A stretch of 64,000 bases of DNA from Candidatus Latescibacterota bacterium (GCA_965248435.1 OZ252100.1:2720001-2784000), one strand, 5' to 3'. Shown: positions 17,589 through 27,986, counted from the first letter of the stretch. The notes: generated by a model from the sequence alone, not told the origin. Program-made: numbers and translations.

Positions 17589-18764
17589 ATGGCGACAGTC
17601 GTCCGTATGCCCAAGCTCAGCTACCAAATGGACCAGGGTACGATCGTCCGCTGGCACAAGGAGGAGGGTGATACCGTCAAGAAGGGAGAAATCCTCCTTG
17701 AACTGGAAACGGACAAAGCCGTCTTCGAGTTCGAGAGCCCGGAGGCTGGAGTTCTTCGGAAAGTTCTGGGTGAGCCAAATACCCAGATCCCCGTCCAGCA
17801 GGCCATCGCCGTCCTCACGGAAACAGCGGACGAAGCCCTTGACCTGGAGTCTCTTGACCTCAAGGCGCCTGTGTTGGGGCCCGCTCCCAGCCCCTCGACA
17901 CAGGCCCCAGTCACCGCCGCGGCACCGGCCCCGGGCCCGAAAGGCAGGAAGGGGGCCCCCCGAAGTTCCCCTGCGAGCAGGCGTCTGGCCCGTGAACTCG
18001 GTCTCGACCTGAGTCAAGTCACGGGAACCGGCCCTGGCGGAAGGATTGTTGAGGCGGACGTCAGAGCTGCGGCCGAAGGAAAAACGGGCGCATCCTCGGC
18101 AGGTGAACCGCTGAGCAGCAGAAACCTGGCCATCGCGCGGCGTATGGTAGAGAGCAAGACTACAATCCCGCACTTCTACGTCTCGGTCGATCTCGACCTC
18201 ACCGATACAGTGGGCTGGCGTGCCGACCTGCCACAAGATCAGCGACCGACCCTGAGCGACATCCTGCTCAAGGGCCTTGCTCTCTCTCTCAGCGATTTCC
18301 CGGACCTGAACAGCACATTTGAAGGCGACGGTATCATCCGCCATAGCCAGATCAACCTGGGTTTGGCGGTCGGACTGGATGAAGGATTGCTGGTCCCGGT
18401 ATTCAGTCAGGTAGATCAGATGAGCCTCAAGCAAATCGCCCAGGAGCGGTCCTCCTCCATCGAAGCTGCCCGGCAAGGGAAGATGCGTTCCTCCAGCCCA
18501 GCCACCTTCACTCTTTCCAATCTGGGAATGTTTGGCGTCCGGGCATTCTCCGCCATTATCACCCCGCCCGAGGCTGCTGCCCTTGCCGTAGGCGCGCTCG
18601 TGGACGAGCCGAGGGTCATCGACGGCGAAATCCAGATCCGAAAAATCCTTACTGCCACCCTTTCCGCCGATCATCGATTGGTCGACGGTCTTTACGCCGC
18701 ACGCTTTCTCTCCGATCTTAGATCCCGAGTGGAAGACGTAGAAACCGTGAAGGCGTGGCTCTAA
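17589..18764 (+). CDS. 2-oxoacid dehydrogenase E2 component (dihydrolipoamide acyltransferase)
   Basis: Lipoyl domain ELETDKA, E3-binding domain SPASRRLARELGLDLSQVTGTGPGGRI, catalytic TFTLSNLG and DHRLVDG. Confidence 0.93.
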   Translation: MATVVRMPKLSYQMDQGTIVRWHKEEGDTVKKGEILLELETDKAVFEFESPEAGVLRKVLGEPNTQIPVQQAIAVLTETADEALDLESLDLKAPVLGPAPSPSTQAPVTAAAPAPGPKGRKGAPRSSPASRRLARELGLDLSQVTGTGPGGRIVEADVRAAAEGKTGASSAGEPLSSRNLAIARRMVESKTTIPHFYVSVDLDLTDTVGWRADLPQDQRPTLSDILLKGLALSLSDFPDLNSTFEGDGIIRHSQINLGLAVGLDEGLLVPVFSQVDQMSLKQIAQERSSSIEAARQGKMRSSSPATFTLSNLGMFGVRAFSAIITPPEAAALAVGALVDEPRVIDGEIQIRKILTATLSADHRLVDGLYAARFLSDLRSRVEDVETVKAWL

Positions 18765-18847
18765 AGTTCCGTCCTCGATCACTCACTCCAGACAACCTGG
18801 GAACCTTGACTGATCCAGGTGAGAACATCAACGAAGAACGAAAGACG

Positions 18848-19837
18848 ATGCACAGAGTCTTGATCGTGGGCGTCGGTTCATCTGGCGAGCGGCACCTGCG
18901 CACCTTTCGTGGAACCGGCCGTACAGAAGTCGCCTTTTGCGAGCTCAACGATGCCCTGCGTCAGACAATCGCCGATCGCTACGGGTTGCGAAAGACTTAC
19001 GCCCATCTCGACGAGGCAGCCTCAGACAGCTTCGACGCGGCGGTCGTTGCCGCCCCGGCTCACCTCCACGTCGAGCTGGCCACCCGCCTTGTGGAGTCGG
19101 GGCACCATCTGCTGATAGAAAAGCCTCTGAGCACGCGTCTGGAAGGCGTGGATCGATTAAGCGAACTTGCCGGTCAGAAGAACCTCGTGGTTGCCGTGGG
19201 CTATTCCTACAGGGCCCGTTCAGCAGCTGCCGCTACGAAACGGGCCCTCGATTCGGGTCGTTTCGGCAGACCGGTACAGATCGTCTGCATTGCGGGCCAG
19301 CATTTTCCAACATACCGCCCTGCATACAGGGAAATCTACTACAGAGATCGTGCCACCGGGGGGGGTGCGATTCAGGATGGACTGACCCATTGTGTGAACC
19401 TGGGAGAGTGGTTTGTGGGCCCAGTCGATCGCGTAGTAGCAGACGCGGCACATCAGGTGCTTGAAGGTGTAGAGGTGGAAGACACCGTTCACGTGCTTAC
19501 GCGACACGGAGATGTTTTGGGCAGCTACAGCCTCAATCAGCATCAGGCACCCAACGAGATAACCTTTACCGTGGTCTGTGAAAACGGAACCATCCGGTAT
19601 CATTCCCATCTTGACAGCTGGGAGTGGAAGATGCGTCCCGAAGATCCCTGGGAAACAGAAACCTATGGTCCCTTCGACGCCGACGTGTTCTTTACTTCTC
19701 AGGCAAACGCATTTCTGGATGCGATCGAACAGGAAGGGAGCCCCTTGTGCACTCTGGAGGAGGGCATCCAGACCCTGCGAGTGAATCTGGCCATTCTGGA
19801 GTCGGTTGACTCGGGGAATGGTCTTTTGAAAATCTGA
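18848..19837 (+). CDS. Gfo/Idh/MocA family oxidoreductase
   Basis: RVLIVGVGSSGERH, LIEKPLS, GGGAIQDGLTH and VEDTV; ATG 18848. Confidence 0.9.
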   Translation: MHRVLIVGVGSSGERHLRTFRGTGRTEVAFCELNDALRQTIADRYGLRKTYAHLDEAASDSFDAAVVAAPAHLHVELATRLVESGHHLLIEKPLSTRLEGVDRLSELAGQKNLVVAVGYSYRARSAAAATKRALDSGRFGRPVQIVCIAGQHFPTYRPAYREIYYRDRATGGGAIQDGLTHCVNLGEWFVGPVDRVVADAAHQVLEGVEVEDTVHVLTRHGDVLGSYSLNQHQAPNEITFTVVCENGTIRYHSHLDSWEWKMRPEDPWETETYGPFDADVFFTSQANAFLDAIEQEGSPLCTLEEGIQTLRVNLAILESVDSGNGLLKI

Positions 19838-19918
19838 TGCACGGGGCGATGCACCCAACTGCAGAGACACCAACGGTGGGCGTCTCTGCGGCGTACGGTT
19901 AGAATCGTTCAAATCGAC

Positions 19919-19956
19919 AAAAAAAGGGGCGAGTTCAACTCGCCCCTTAGCTTTTT
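19919..19956. terminator. Bidirectional intrinsic terminator at the end of the dcw operon
   Basis: AAGGGGCGAGTT-c-AACTCGCCCCTT with an A7 run (U7 on the ftsZ strand) and a T-run on the other side. Confidence 0.85.
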
Positions 19957-19985
19957 CAGATGTGGATCGTCGCCGACACGTGCGA

Positions 19986-21140
19986 TTATGTCTTCTGCAT
20001 CCTTCTCCGAAGAAATGTCGGATACTCCAGCTCATCGAGCGGGACATCCACAATGTTTTCCTCTATCTTTGGCTCCCGCTCTTCCTGATCCCCGCCTCGC
20101 CGCATGAACGCCGGAATGTCTCTGCCAAGCCTCGAATTAACCTCCTTCGTGGCCGCAGCGGCAGATCCCCGTCGCCCATTCACCATAGAAAATCCAGTTG
20201 CGATCACGGTAACGCGGAGCTCGTCTCCCAGCCCGTCGTTCAGCACCGTTCCCCAGATGATGTTGGCGTCGCTGCCGGCCGCCTCTGAGATCACGGAGAC
20301 TGCTTCGTTGACCTCAAACAGCTTGAGATCGCTCCCGGCCGATATGTTGACCAGAACGCCCCGCGCCCCCTCAATCGACACCTCTTCCAGTAGAGGGCTC
20401 CGAATCGCCTTTCCGGCCGCATCCACCGCTCGGCTTTCGCCTACCGCTGAACCCGTGCCCATCAGGGCGTCGCCCCCCTCCAGCATCACCGTCCTCACAT
20501 CGTTGAAGTCCAAATTTATTTCCCCGGGCACAGTGATCAGGTCAGAAATGCCGCGTGTCGCCTGAAGCAGAACGTCGTCGGCCATCCGAAAGGCTTCCCT
20601 CAGGGTGGTCTCTTTGGAGCTTACGGCCAACAGGCGCTGGTTCGGAATGATGATCAGAGTATCCACCATCTCTTTTAGTTCCTCGATCCCGGATTCCGCA
20701 TTTCGCGTCCTTGGGATGCCCTCCATGGCGAACGGTTTCGTAACGATGCCCACGGTCAATGCCCCTGCATCCCGCGCGATACTCGCGATGATGGGCGCTG
20801 CTCCAGTTCCTGTACCCCCGCCCATCCCCGCCGTCACAAACACCATATCGGATCCCGAGATGATCTCCGTGACCTTGTCTCGATCCTCTTCAATAGCCCG
20901 TGCGCCCACATCGGGATTCGCTCCGGCTCCGAGTCCCTTGGTCACGTTCTGCCCGATCTGAAGTCGCCGGGGCGCCTTCGACAGCTCCAGGTCCTGTACG
21001 TCTGTGTTGATGGCGATAAATTCCACACCCTGAAGATCTGCCTCGATCATGCGGTTGACCGCGTTTCCGCCCGCGCCACCCACACCGATCACGCGCATCC
21101 TGGCTTGGTTCTCAGTATCCACAATCGAAAAAGTAACCAC
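19986..21140 (-). CDS. ftsZ: Cell division GTPase FtsZ
   Basis: VIGVGGAGGNAVNRM, GMGGGTGTG tubulin motif, INLDFNDV and C-terminal LEYPTFLRR. Confidence 0.98.
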   Translation of the reverse strand: MVTFSIVDTENQARMRVIGVGGAGGNAVNRMIEADLQGVEFIAINTDVQDLELSKAPRRLQIGQNVTKGLGAGANPDVGARAIEEDRDKVTEIISGSDMVFVTAGMGGGTGTGAAPIIASIARDAGALTVGIVTKPFAMEGIPRTRNAESGIEELKEMVDTLIIIPNQRLLAVSSKETTLREAFRMADDVLLQATRGISDLITVPGEINLDFNDVRTVMLEGGDALMGTGSAVGESRAVDAAGKAIRSPLLEEVSIEGARGVLVNISAGSDLKLFEVNEAVSVISEAAGSDANIIWGTVLNDGLGDELRVTVIATGFSMVNGRRGSAAAATKEVNSRLGRDIPAFMRRGGDQEEREPKIEENIVDVPLDELEYPTFLRRRMQKT

Positions 21141-21162
21141 GGGGGACCTCCCTGGTGCTGGT

Positions 21163-22404
21163 TTAGAAGAAATCCTTGGCCCAGCCCTTCATTCGACCAA
21201 AGATCGAGTCAAAAAGGTCGTCACTCCCTACACGCATAAGCTCCTTTCGATTTCGGTTTTGCATTCCGAACAGGACCAGCCCGACGCCCGTCGCATAGAT
21301 CGGCTGCGTTACGGCATCCACGAGTCCGCTCACCCCTCGAGGGGTGCCTAAGCTTACGGGCATCCCGAAAACCTCTTCCGCCAGCTCTACACACCCCTCG
21401 AGCATGGCACCACCACCGGTAATAACGATCCCAGCTGCCAGCAGGTCGGAATAATCCGTCCTCCGGATCTCGCGGTGGACAAGCGTTAATATTTCCTCCA
21501 TCCTGGCTTCAATAATGGCCGCCAGCTCTGCCCTGGGCACCTGGTAGGACGGGCGTCCAGCGAGGCCCGGGATTTCGACCACCTCTCCCTTGGGCACCAG
21601 GGAACCTAGCGCGCAACCATGAATTCGCTTGATCTCCTCGGCCTGTTTCCAGGGGGTGCGAAGCCCGATCGATACATCGTGGGTCACGTTCTCCCCTCCG
21701 AGGCCGATCACTGCAGTATGCCGGACGCTGCCATCGTAAAAGACGGCCAGATCTGTCGTGCCCCCTCCCACGTCGACCAGGGCTACGCCCATCTCTTCCT
21801 CTTCAGGACTCAGTACAGCATTGGCCGCCGCGATGGGTTCCAGTACAAGATCCAGGACCTCGACTCCGGCTCTTCGAATGCTCTTGCAGATGTTCTGGGC
21901 CGATGTAACCGCCCCCGTGACCATGTGTACGTCCGCTTCCAGACGCACGCCCGACATCCCGATCGGGTCTCTGATTCCGGGTTGGTCGTCCACGACAAAG
22001 GACTGCGGCAGAACATGGATGATTTCCCGGTCCATCGGGATGGATATCGCCTTTGCCGCCTCGATCACTCGCGATTCATCGTGCCGATTGATCTCACTTT
22101 CGGGACCAGATACGGCGATCACGCCGCGGCTGTTGAAACTGCGAATATGATCACCCGCGATCCCGGCATACACGGAGGCCACCTTGGTATCCGACATCTT
22201 TTCAGCCTCCTCGATCGCCTGCTGAATCGACCCCACAGTTTTTTCCACATTGACGACGACGCCTCGCTTGAGTCCATCTGAGGGACTGGTCCCAACACCT
22301 GTGATCTTCACGTGTCCGTTGTCGCCGTGATCCGCCACAATGGCACGAATCTGCGTCGTTCCGATATCGAGTCCAACCGTCCGATCGCCTCTGACCATCG
22401 TCAT
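21163..22404 (-). CDS. ftsA: Cell division protein FtsA
   Basis: GLDIGTT, GIAGDHIRS, DVGGGTTD, VITGGGAML and C-terminal amphipathic GRMKGWAKDFF. Confidence 0.97.
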   Translation of the reverse strand: MTMVRGDRTVGLDIGTTQIRAIVADHGDNGHVKITGVGTSPSDGLKRGVVVNVEKTVGSIQQAIEEAEKMSDTKVASVYAGIAGDHIRSFNSRGVIAVSGPESEINRHDESRVIEAAKAISIPMDREIIHVLPQSFVVDDQPGIRDPIGMSGVRLEADVHMVTGAVTSAQNICKSIRRAGVEVLDLVLEPIAAANAVLSPEEEEMGVALVDVGGGTTDLAVFYDGSVRHTAVIGLGGENVTHDVSIGLRTPWKQAEEIKRIHGCALGSLVPKGEVVEIPGLAGRPSYQVPRAELAAIIEARMEEILTLVHREIRRTDYSDLLAAGIVITGGGAMLEGCVELAEEVFGMPVSLGTPRGVSGLVDAVTQPIYATGVGLVLFGMQNRNRKELMRVGSDDLFDSIFGRMKGWAKDFF

Positions 22405-22425
22405 TTCCTTTCCTTCGGTGGCCTT

Positions 22426-23226
22426 CTATCGCTTCCGTACGATTACTTGGTCTCGGAATCGAAGGTCGACGAAAGCCGGGTGCTCGTCCATGAGACGTTC
22501 TGCACTCACGTAGGCTGTAAAACTCTGGACCTGAGCGCCGGCATCCTCGAATCGCATCCTCAACTCTAAGCCGTCTCCTACGGTAAACACACGTGCCTCC
22601 GAAGAAGATACCACGTGGATCTCCGAGACTTCATTAAGAAAATCAGGTGTGGCGGCTTCAAGTTCATTCAAGAACACTGTCAGGTTATTTAGAACTTCAA
22701 TCTGCTCTGCTTCTTCTCTTTCAGCGATTCCGGTTACGGTCGGCAGATCCAGCGGAACCTGAGGCAAGGGAAAGGTTGTGGCCCCCTCGTCGATTCCCAA
22801 CAACCCGCCGGGCGTCGAAATCAGTGCGAGCGGCCTCCGCTCTTCGATCCAAATTTCCAGGCCCACTGGCGGCCGCCTCATCAGCAGTGCGTTTCGAATC
22901 ATGGGATGAGACGTGAGCCCTTCTGTGGCGGTGGAGAGATCTGCCTCGAACAGGTTTCCTCCTGTCTCCAATCCGGACTGTTTCACAACTTCCTTCCGCG
23001 TGAGCAGCCAGTTTCCCTCAACGGAGATTCGTTCAAGGCTGAACAGATCAGACTGAGTCAGAGCCGGATACGCATTCTGGATGCCAACCACAAACAGCCC
23101 CATTAACGCGAATAGAATCATCCATCGCAGGATCAGGACGGACTTTTGATCCGCTTTCTGGCCCGCAGTCTCCGATGGAAGCTTCCTCTTTTCATAATAG
23201 GACACAATTGGGACACGCCTCGACAT
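22426..23226 (-). CDS. ftsQ: Cell division protein FtsQ/DivIB
   Basis: Single TM, POTRA-like ISVEGNWLL...IEERRPLA, C-terminal VDLRFRDQVIVR; dcw position. Confidence 0.9.
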   Translation of the reverse strand: MSRRVPIVSYYEKRKLPSETAGQKADQKSVLILRWMILFALMGLFVVGIQNAYPALTQSDLFSLERISVEGNWLLTRKEVVKQSGLETGGNLFEADLSTATEGLTSHPMIRNALLMRRPPVGLEIWIEERRPLALISTPGGLLGIDEGATTFPLPQVPLDLPTVTGIAEREEAEQIEVLNNLTVFLNELEAATPDFLNEVSEIHVVSSSEARVFTVGDGLELRMRFEDAGAQVQSFTAYVSAERLMDEHPAFVDLRFRDQVIVRKR

Positions 23227-23249
23227 GTGCTCTCCTTCACGACGAACAA

Positions 23250-24233
23250 TCAGCGGTTCTCAATCCCCGTCTCACCCACAACACGTATCTCCAGTTCCAG
23301 TTCAGCACCCGATTCCTCACGGACGCGTGCCCTCACCCGATCGACCAAACTCAATACGTCTTCCGCCAATCCTCCTCCCAGATTCACGACAAAATTGGCA
23401 TGAAGCTCAGACACCTGAGCGGCCCCAACAGAAAGTCCTTTGCATCCAGCCTGATCAATCAGGAGCCCGGCGGAGGTACCCGTCGGATTCTTGAACAGAC
23501 ACCCCGCGTTCCGCTGCCATAGCGGTTGGGTTGCTTTTCTCTGGCTCAGCATCTCGTCCATTCTTCCCTGAATAACCCCCGGATCCTCTTCTTCCAGATC
23601 AAAGTCAACTTCGGTGATCAGCAGGTCCGGGGACAAATCAGTATGTCGGTAGGCGAACGGGACATCGTCCTTTTGGAGGGTAACGACATCGCCTGAGCTC
23701 AGGTCGATCCCGCTCAATTGCGAAAGCTTGTCCAACGTTTCTCCTCCCCAAGCACCTGCGTTGCCTCTCACCGCGCCTCCTACCGTTCCAGGAATACCGC
23801 ACCCAAACTCCATCCCCGTCCTGCCGGCCCGCTGACACCGCCGGGAAAAGACCTGAAGGCTTGCCCCCGCCTGGGCGAACCCGCGATCTCCGATGATCTC
23901 GATCCGGGTCGCCCCTTCCGTCAAGCAGATCACCAATCCCCTGAACCCGGCCTCCCGGACGAGCGTGTTGGTTCCCCCTCCCAGCGGGAGAACCGGCAGC
24001 CCCGAATCGCGGATGTAAGGAAGGGCCTTGGAAATGTCTTCTAAACTCTCAGGGGCGAAGAAGAGGTCAGCGGGCCCACCCGTTCCGAACGTCGTGTGTG
24101 GGCCCATAGGCTCATCCAGGCGCAGGTCGCCGCGACTTGCATTCTGGATCTCTTGGGCAAGCAGATCTCTTTTGGAAGGGTCTCGCTTCAGGGCCGCTAT
24201 ACCCCGTGTGTTTATGGATTCAAGTGTTCGCAC
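23250..24233 (-). CDS. murB: UDP-N-acetylmuramate dehydrogenase
   Basis: HTTFGTGGPAD, GGGTNTLV, GIPGTVGGAVRGNAGA, GCLFKNP, HANFVVN and LELEIR. Confidence 0.95.
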   Translation of the reverse strand: MRTLESINTRGIAALKRDPSKRDLLAQEIQNASRGDLRLDEPMGPHTTFGTGGPADLFFAPESLEDISKALPYIRDSGLPVLPLGGGTNTLVREAGFRGLVICLTEGATRIEIIGDRGFAQAGASLQVFSRRCQRAGRTGMEFGCGIPGTVGGAVRGNAGAWGGETLDKLSQLSGIDLSSGDVVTLQKDDVPFAYRHTDLSPDLLITEVDFDLEEEDPGVIQGRMDEMLSQRKATQPLWQRNAGCLFKNPTGTSAGLLIDQAGCKGLSVGAAQVSELHANFVVNLGGGLAEDVLSLVDRVRARVREESGAELELEIRVVGETGIENR

Positions 24234-25608
24234 GTTCTCGCAGCCGTCTGTAGAGGCAGTGCGCAGTCTTCTCGATATCCCCTGCCCCCATCACAAGTAC
24301 AAGATCTCCAGAGGCGATCTCATTGAACAAAGCGGCGTCCAGGTCAGCCAAATGTGGAATGTATCTCGGTTCGGGGCCCCCGGCCTTGCGGAGCGAGGAA
24401 ACAATCATGCTGCCGCTTACCCCGGCGATCGGATCTTCCCTCGCCGGAAATATTTCCGTCAGCCAGACCGCGTCCGCAGTGCTCAAAGCCTTACCGAACT
24501 CAGAGGCGAGGTCCCGGGTCCGGGTGTAAAGATGGGGCTGAAAGACGGCCACGATGCGTCCTTCCCAACCCTCACGTGCCGCCACCAGCGAAGCCCGAAT
24601 CTCGGTAGGATGGTGTGCATAGTCGCTCACAACCAGAACGCCCTCTACCTCACCGAGCATTTCAAAGCGCCGTTGGACTCCCGAAAAGCCTTCGAGCCCC
24701 GCCTGGATTGCATCCCAGGAAATCCCCAGTGCCAGCCCTGCGCCTGCCGCACCCAGCGCGTTGGAAACGTTGTGGTGTCCTGGGACCTGCATCCTCAAAT
24801 TCCCGACAAGTGTCTGCTCGCAATACAGACTAAACTGGCTGCCGAATCCTTCAAGAACCACATCATCGGCCCGAACATCCGCATCTTTTCCCAAACCGTA
24901 GGTGAACGTGTTAACGCCGCTACTCGGTGAGAGCTTCCGAACGAGGGGATCATCCCCGCAGAGGACCGCGTGGCCGCCTTTTTCTACAGACCCCACAAAC
25001 TGTTGGAAGGTCGATTCAATGTCACCCAGGTCCGCATAGGAATCCAAATGATCCTCTTCAAGGGAAGTCACGAGCGCCAGGAACGGGCTGAGTTCCAGAA
25101 AGGCTCGGTCGAACTCGTCGGCCTCCACAACCCACATCTCCCCCTCACCCGGTCTCAGGTTGCCTTCCTCCCCTTGCAAGGTCCCGCCGACGAGAACGGT
25201 CGGATCCAGACCCGCTGACAACAGGACGGCGCCCACCATGGCCGTCGTGGTCGTCTTCCCGTGCGTACCTGTCACACCAATCACCTTCTGCTCCTGGGCG
25301 AGCGCCCCCAGGAACTCAGCGCGCTTAAGTATCGGGATTTCTCGCTCACGAGCCGTTTTAAGCTCCGGCGCATCCCAGGGAACTGCAGGCGTGTAGACCA
25401 CTGCGTCGGCATCTGCCAGGGCCTCGGGTGAATGACCGATCTGTATCTTCAGACCCAGGCCCATTAGATGTTCCGTCAACGCCGATGCGTCTCGGTCGGA
25501 CCCAGATACGCGACACCCCTTCAGGTGGGCAAACTCTGCCAGGGCGCTCATACTAACACCGCCGACGCCGACGAAGTGGATCCGGAGGCCCGGTTTCAAT
25601 TCTAGCAT
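24220..25608 (-). CDS. murC: UDP-N-acetylmuramate--L-alanine ligase
   Basis: IHFVGVGGVSMSALA, GTHGKTTTT, EADEFD, DYAHHPTE, FQPHLYTRT and MGAGDI. Confidence 0.96.
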   Translation of the reverse strand: MLELKPGLRIHFVGVGGVSMSALAEFAHLKGCRVSGSDRDASALTEHLMGLGLKIQIGHSPEALADADAVVYTPAVPWDAPELKTAREREIPILKRAEFLGALAQEQKVIGVTGTHGKTTTTAMVGAVLLSAGLDPTVLVGGTLQGEEGNLRPGEGEMWVVEADEFDRAFLELSPFLALVTSLEEDHLDSYADLGDIESTFQQFVGSVEKGGHAVLCGDDPLVRKLSPSSGVNTFTYGLGKDADVRADDVVLEGFGSQFSLYCEQTLVGNLRMQVPGHHNVSNALGAAGAGLALGISWDAIQAGLEGFSGVQRRFEMLGEVEGVLVVSDYAHHPTEIRASLVAAREGWEGRIVAVFQPHLYTRTRDLASEFGKALSTADAVWLTEIFPAREDPIAGVSGSMIVSSLRKAGGPEPRYIPHLADLDAALFNEIASGDLVLVMGAGDIEKTAHCLYRRLRERANT

Positions 25609-25641
25609 TCAACATATCGTAGGCGAGAATGGGTTTCAGAC

Positions 25642-26745
25642 TCATCCCTGAAGCAACCCTGCGCCTTCCATCGCAGCCCGGATTCGGCCGGCAGCGTCAG
25701 GTTTGGCCAGAGACAGGGAGTTGGCCGCCATCGCCTTCAACCGCTCCCGGTCATCGATCAGGTCAAAAACCTCGTTCGCTAGACGTTCCCCGCTGAGTCT
25801 CGACTCGGGGATCATCGCAGCTGCGCCCGAGTCCACCTGGACTCGAGCGTTGAATGCCTGGTGGTTCTCTGCTGAGGTCGGAAGTGGAACGAGAATGGAA
25901 GGAACCCCCAACAGGTTCAATTCAGATATGCTGCTCGCCCCGGATCGGGCGATGACCAGATCAGCTGCACTATACGCATCGGAGATGTTCTGGATGAAAG
26001 GCTCCACACGCACCCGACTTTGCCACGCGGCGGCGGCGGAAATCGCTTGCTCATAATGCAGGGACCCGGATTGCCAGAGCACCTGGAGGTCCTTTGCCAC
26101 GAGCTGCTCCAGGGCATCCCCTACCGCAAGATTGATCCCGGCCGCGCCCTGGCTCCCACCCATCACGAAGAGGGTCGGCCGTTCTGGATCAAGACCAAAT
26201 CGACTCCGGGCCTCTGCTCGACCGATTCGATCTAACCCGGGACGGGTTGGATTCCCGACGATCAGCCGCTCTCGTCCTCCTACACGGGGAACGGCTTCTT
26301 CATAGGCCAGAAAGATCTGACGAGACACCCTGGAAAGAACTCGGGTTGTTATCCCGGGAAGGCTGTTCTGTTCTTGCAAAACCAGGGGACAACCCCAAAT
26401 CCACGCCGAGATGCCGACAGGGCCGCTAACGTAGCCGCCGGTGCAGATCACGACGTGGGGACGAAATCTGATGACAAGGATAAGGGAGGAAAGAATCCCT
26501 CTGAGGAGCATCAAGGGGAATTTGAAAAGGTCTGGGTGCAACCCCCGTTTCAGACCTGTCACCTCGATAAATTCCAACAGATAGCCTGCCTGGGGAACAG
26601 CTCGGGCCTCCAGACCCCCCGCCGTTCCCGAAAACCGGATCTCAACACCGGAATCGTGCCGGCGGATGGCCTCGGCGATGGCCAATGCTGGAAAAACGTG
26701 ACCGCCGGTGCCTCCTCCGGCGACAAGCACGCGCGTCGGCATCAA
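25642..26745 (-). CDS. murG: Lipid I N-acetylglucosaminyltransferase MurG
   Basis: AGGGTGGHVFPA, GGYVS, EQN, GGSQGA, RSGASS and HQAFNA. Confidence 0.96.
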   Translation of the reverse strand: MMPTRVLVAGGGTGGHVFPALAIAEAIRRHDSGVEIRFSGTAGGLEARAVPQAGYLLEFIEVTGLKRGLHPDLFKFPLMLLRGILSSLILVIRFRPHVVICTGGYVSGPVGISAWIWGCPLVLQEQNSLPGITTRVLSRVSRQIFLAYEEAVPRVGGRERLIVGNPTRPGLDRIGRAEARSRFGLDPERPTLFVMGGSQGAAGINLAVGDALEQLVAKDLQVLWQSGSLHYEQAISAAAAWQSRVRVEPFIQNISDAYSAADLVIARSGASSISELNLLGVPSILVPLPTSAENHQAFNARVQVDSGAAAMIPESRLSGERLANEVFDLIDDRERLKAMAANSLSLAKPDAAGRIRAAMEGAGLLQG

Positions 26746-27941
26746 AGCCGGTTGCTCACCAATCGCGCTTGGCCCGAGTAAGGGGCGAATTTTACCCTGG
26801 GCAATTCACCGGAGTTTTCCTTGCTGCTTTTCCCGATGTTGATCAGGGTTCCGGTGGCGATCATCGTCAACAAAAGTGAGGATCCGCCGTAGCTGATAAA
26901 GGGCAGGGGAAGCCCAGTGGTGGGCAGAAGACCGATACAGACACCTACATTCACAAACGCATAGACGAGGACCATGAACGTAATCCCGGATGCCAACAAG
27001 AACCCGAATCCATCCGTTGCATTGCGAGCAATCTGGAGACCGATTCGTCCAAACATCATAAAGAGCAGGACAAGCCCGCCGGCGCCAACCAATCCCAGTT
27101 CCTCGCCCACGATACTGAACACGAAATCGGTGTGGGGTTCTGGCAGGAAAAGGTACTTCTGCAGACTCTGTCCCAACCCCAGTCCTGTCAGGCCTCCACT
27201 TCCGAGGGCGAGAAGCGACTGAGCGACTTGGTAGCCGGTTCCGTGAAGGTCCTGTTCGGGATTCAAGAACGAGAGAATACGTTCTTTTCTGTAACCCAGG
27301 GTGAAAATTGTGAGATACAGGAAGGGCAACAAGGCCAGCAGGGTCGCTATAAGATGCCAGAGTCTGGCCCCCCCAAGATAGAGCATCAGGGCGCACGTCA
27401 GGCCTACAGCCATGGCCGTTCCGAGATCGGGCTGCAAGATAATCAAGAACGTAGCGGCACCCACGACCGCCAGATGAGGCAGGTATCCTCGCCTGAAATT
27501 GCGGATAAGAGCGTGGTGCCGGCTGAGCGAATGAGCTAGATAAACCACAAGGGCCAGCCTCATTAGATCCGAGGGTTGAAAGCTGCCACCGGGAATCGGA
27601 ATCCAGCGGTAAGCGCCACGTACTTTTCCAATACCCAGGACCTTGAACGCGATGACCACGAGCAAGCCCAGAAAGCCAAGCATGAGAACGTAGCTGGACA
27701 GCTTTGCCCAGCGTCGGTAGTTCACGCGCATCATCACATACATCGCAATCAGACTGACGACCGTTCGGAGCACCCATCGTTTCAGGAAGAAGGAGTCGCT
27801 CTCGAATCTAACGTGAGCCAGTACGGAGCTTGCACTGTAGACCATCACCGTCCCGAACCCGACCAGCACAACGGCCAGAAGCATCAAGAGCTGAGCCTGC
27901 CGGTCACCCGCTCCGATGGAATTTGTCATGGAAAGTGTCAA
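26742..27941 (-). CDS. ftsW: SEDS family peptidoglycan polymerase FtsW
   Basis: MVYSAS, GAYRW, FQPSDL, LQPDLGT, FLPEPHTDF and LPFISYGGS; start may be ATG 27929. Confidence 0.95.
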   Translation of the reverse strand: MTLSMTNSIGAGDRQAQLLMLLAVVLVGFGTVMVYSASSVLAHVRFESDSFFLKRWVLRTVVSLIAMYVMMRVNYRRWAKLSSYVLMLGFLGLLVVIAFKVLGIGKVRGAYRWIPIPGGSFQPSDLMRLALVVYLAHSLSRHHALIRNFRRGYLPHLAVVGAATFLIILQPDLGTAMAVGLTCALMLYLGGARLWHLIATLLALLPFLYLTIFTLGYRKERILSFLNPEQDLHGTGYQVAQSLLALGSGGLTGLGLGQSLQKYLFLPEPHTDFVFSIVGEELGLVGAGGLVLLFMMFGRIGLQIARNATDGFGFLLASGITFMVLVYAFVNVGVCIGLLPTTGLPLPFISYGGSSLLLTMIATGTLINIGKSSKENSGELPRVKFAPYSGQARLVSNRL

Positions 27942-27986
27942 ACTGGGGTGGGAAACGAAACTGAGAAGAGGGAAATGCTCGATTGG

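Noticed and set aside
16328-18782. Long ORFs 16328-17671 (+) and 17412-18782 (-)
   Set aside because: They overlap well-supported oxidoreductase and E2 genes on the opposite strand; typical GC-rich shadow ORFs.
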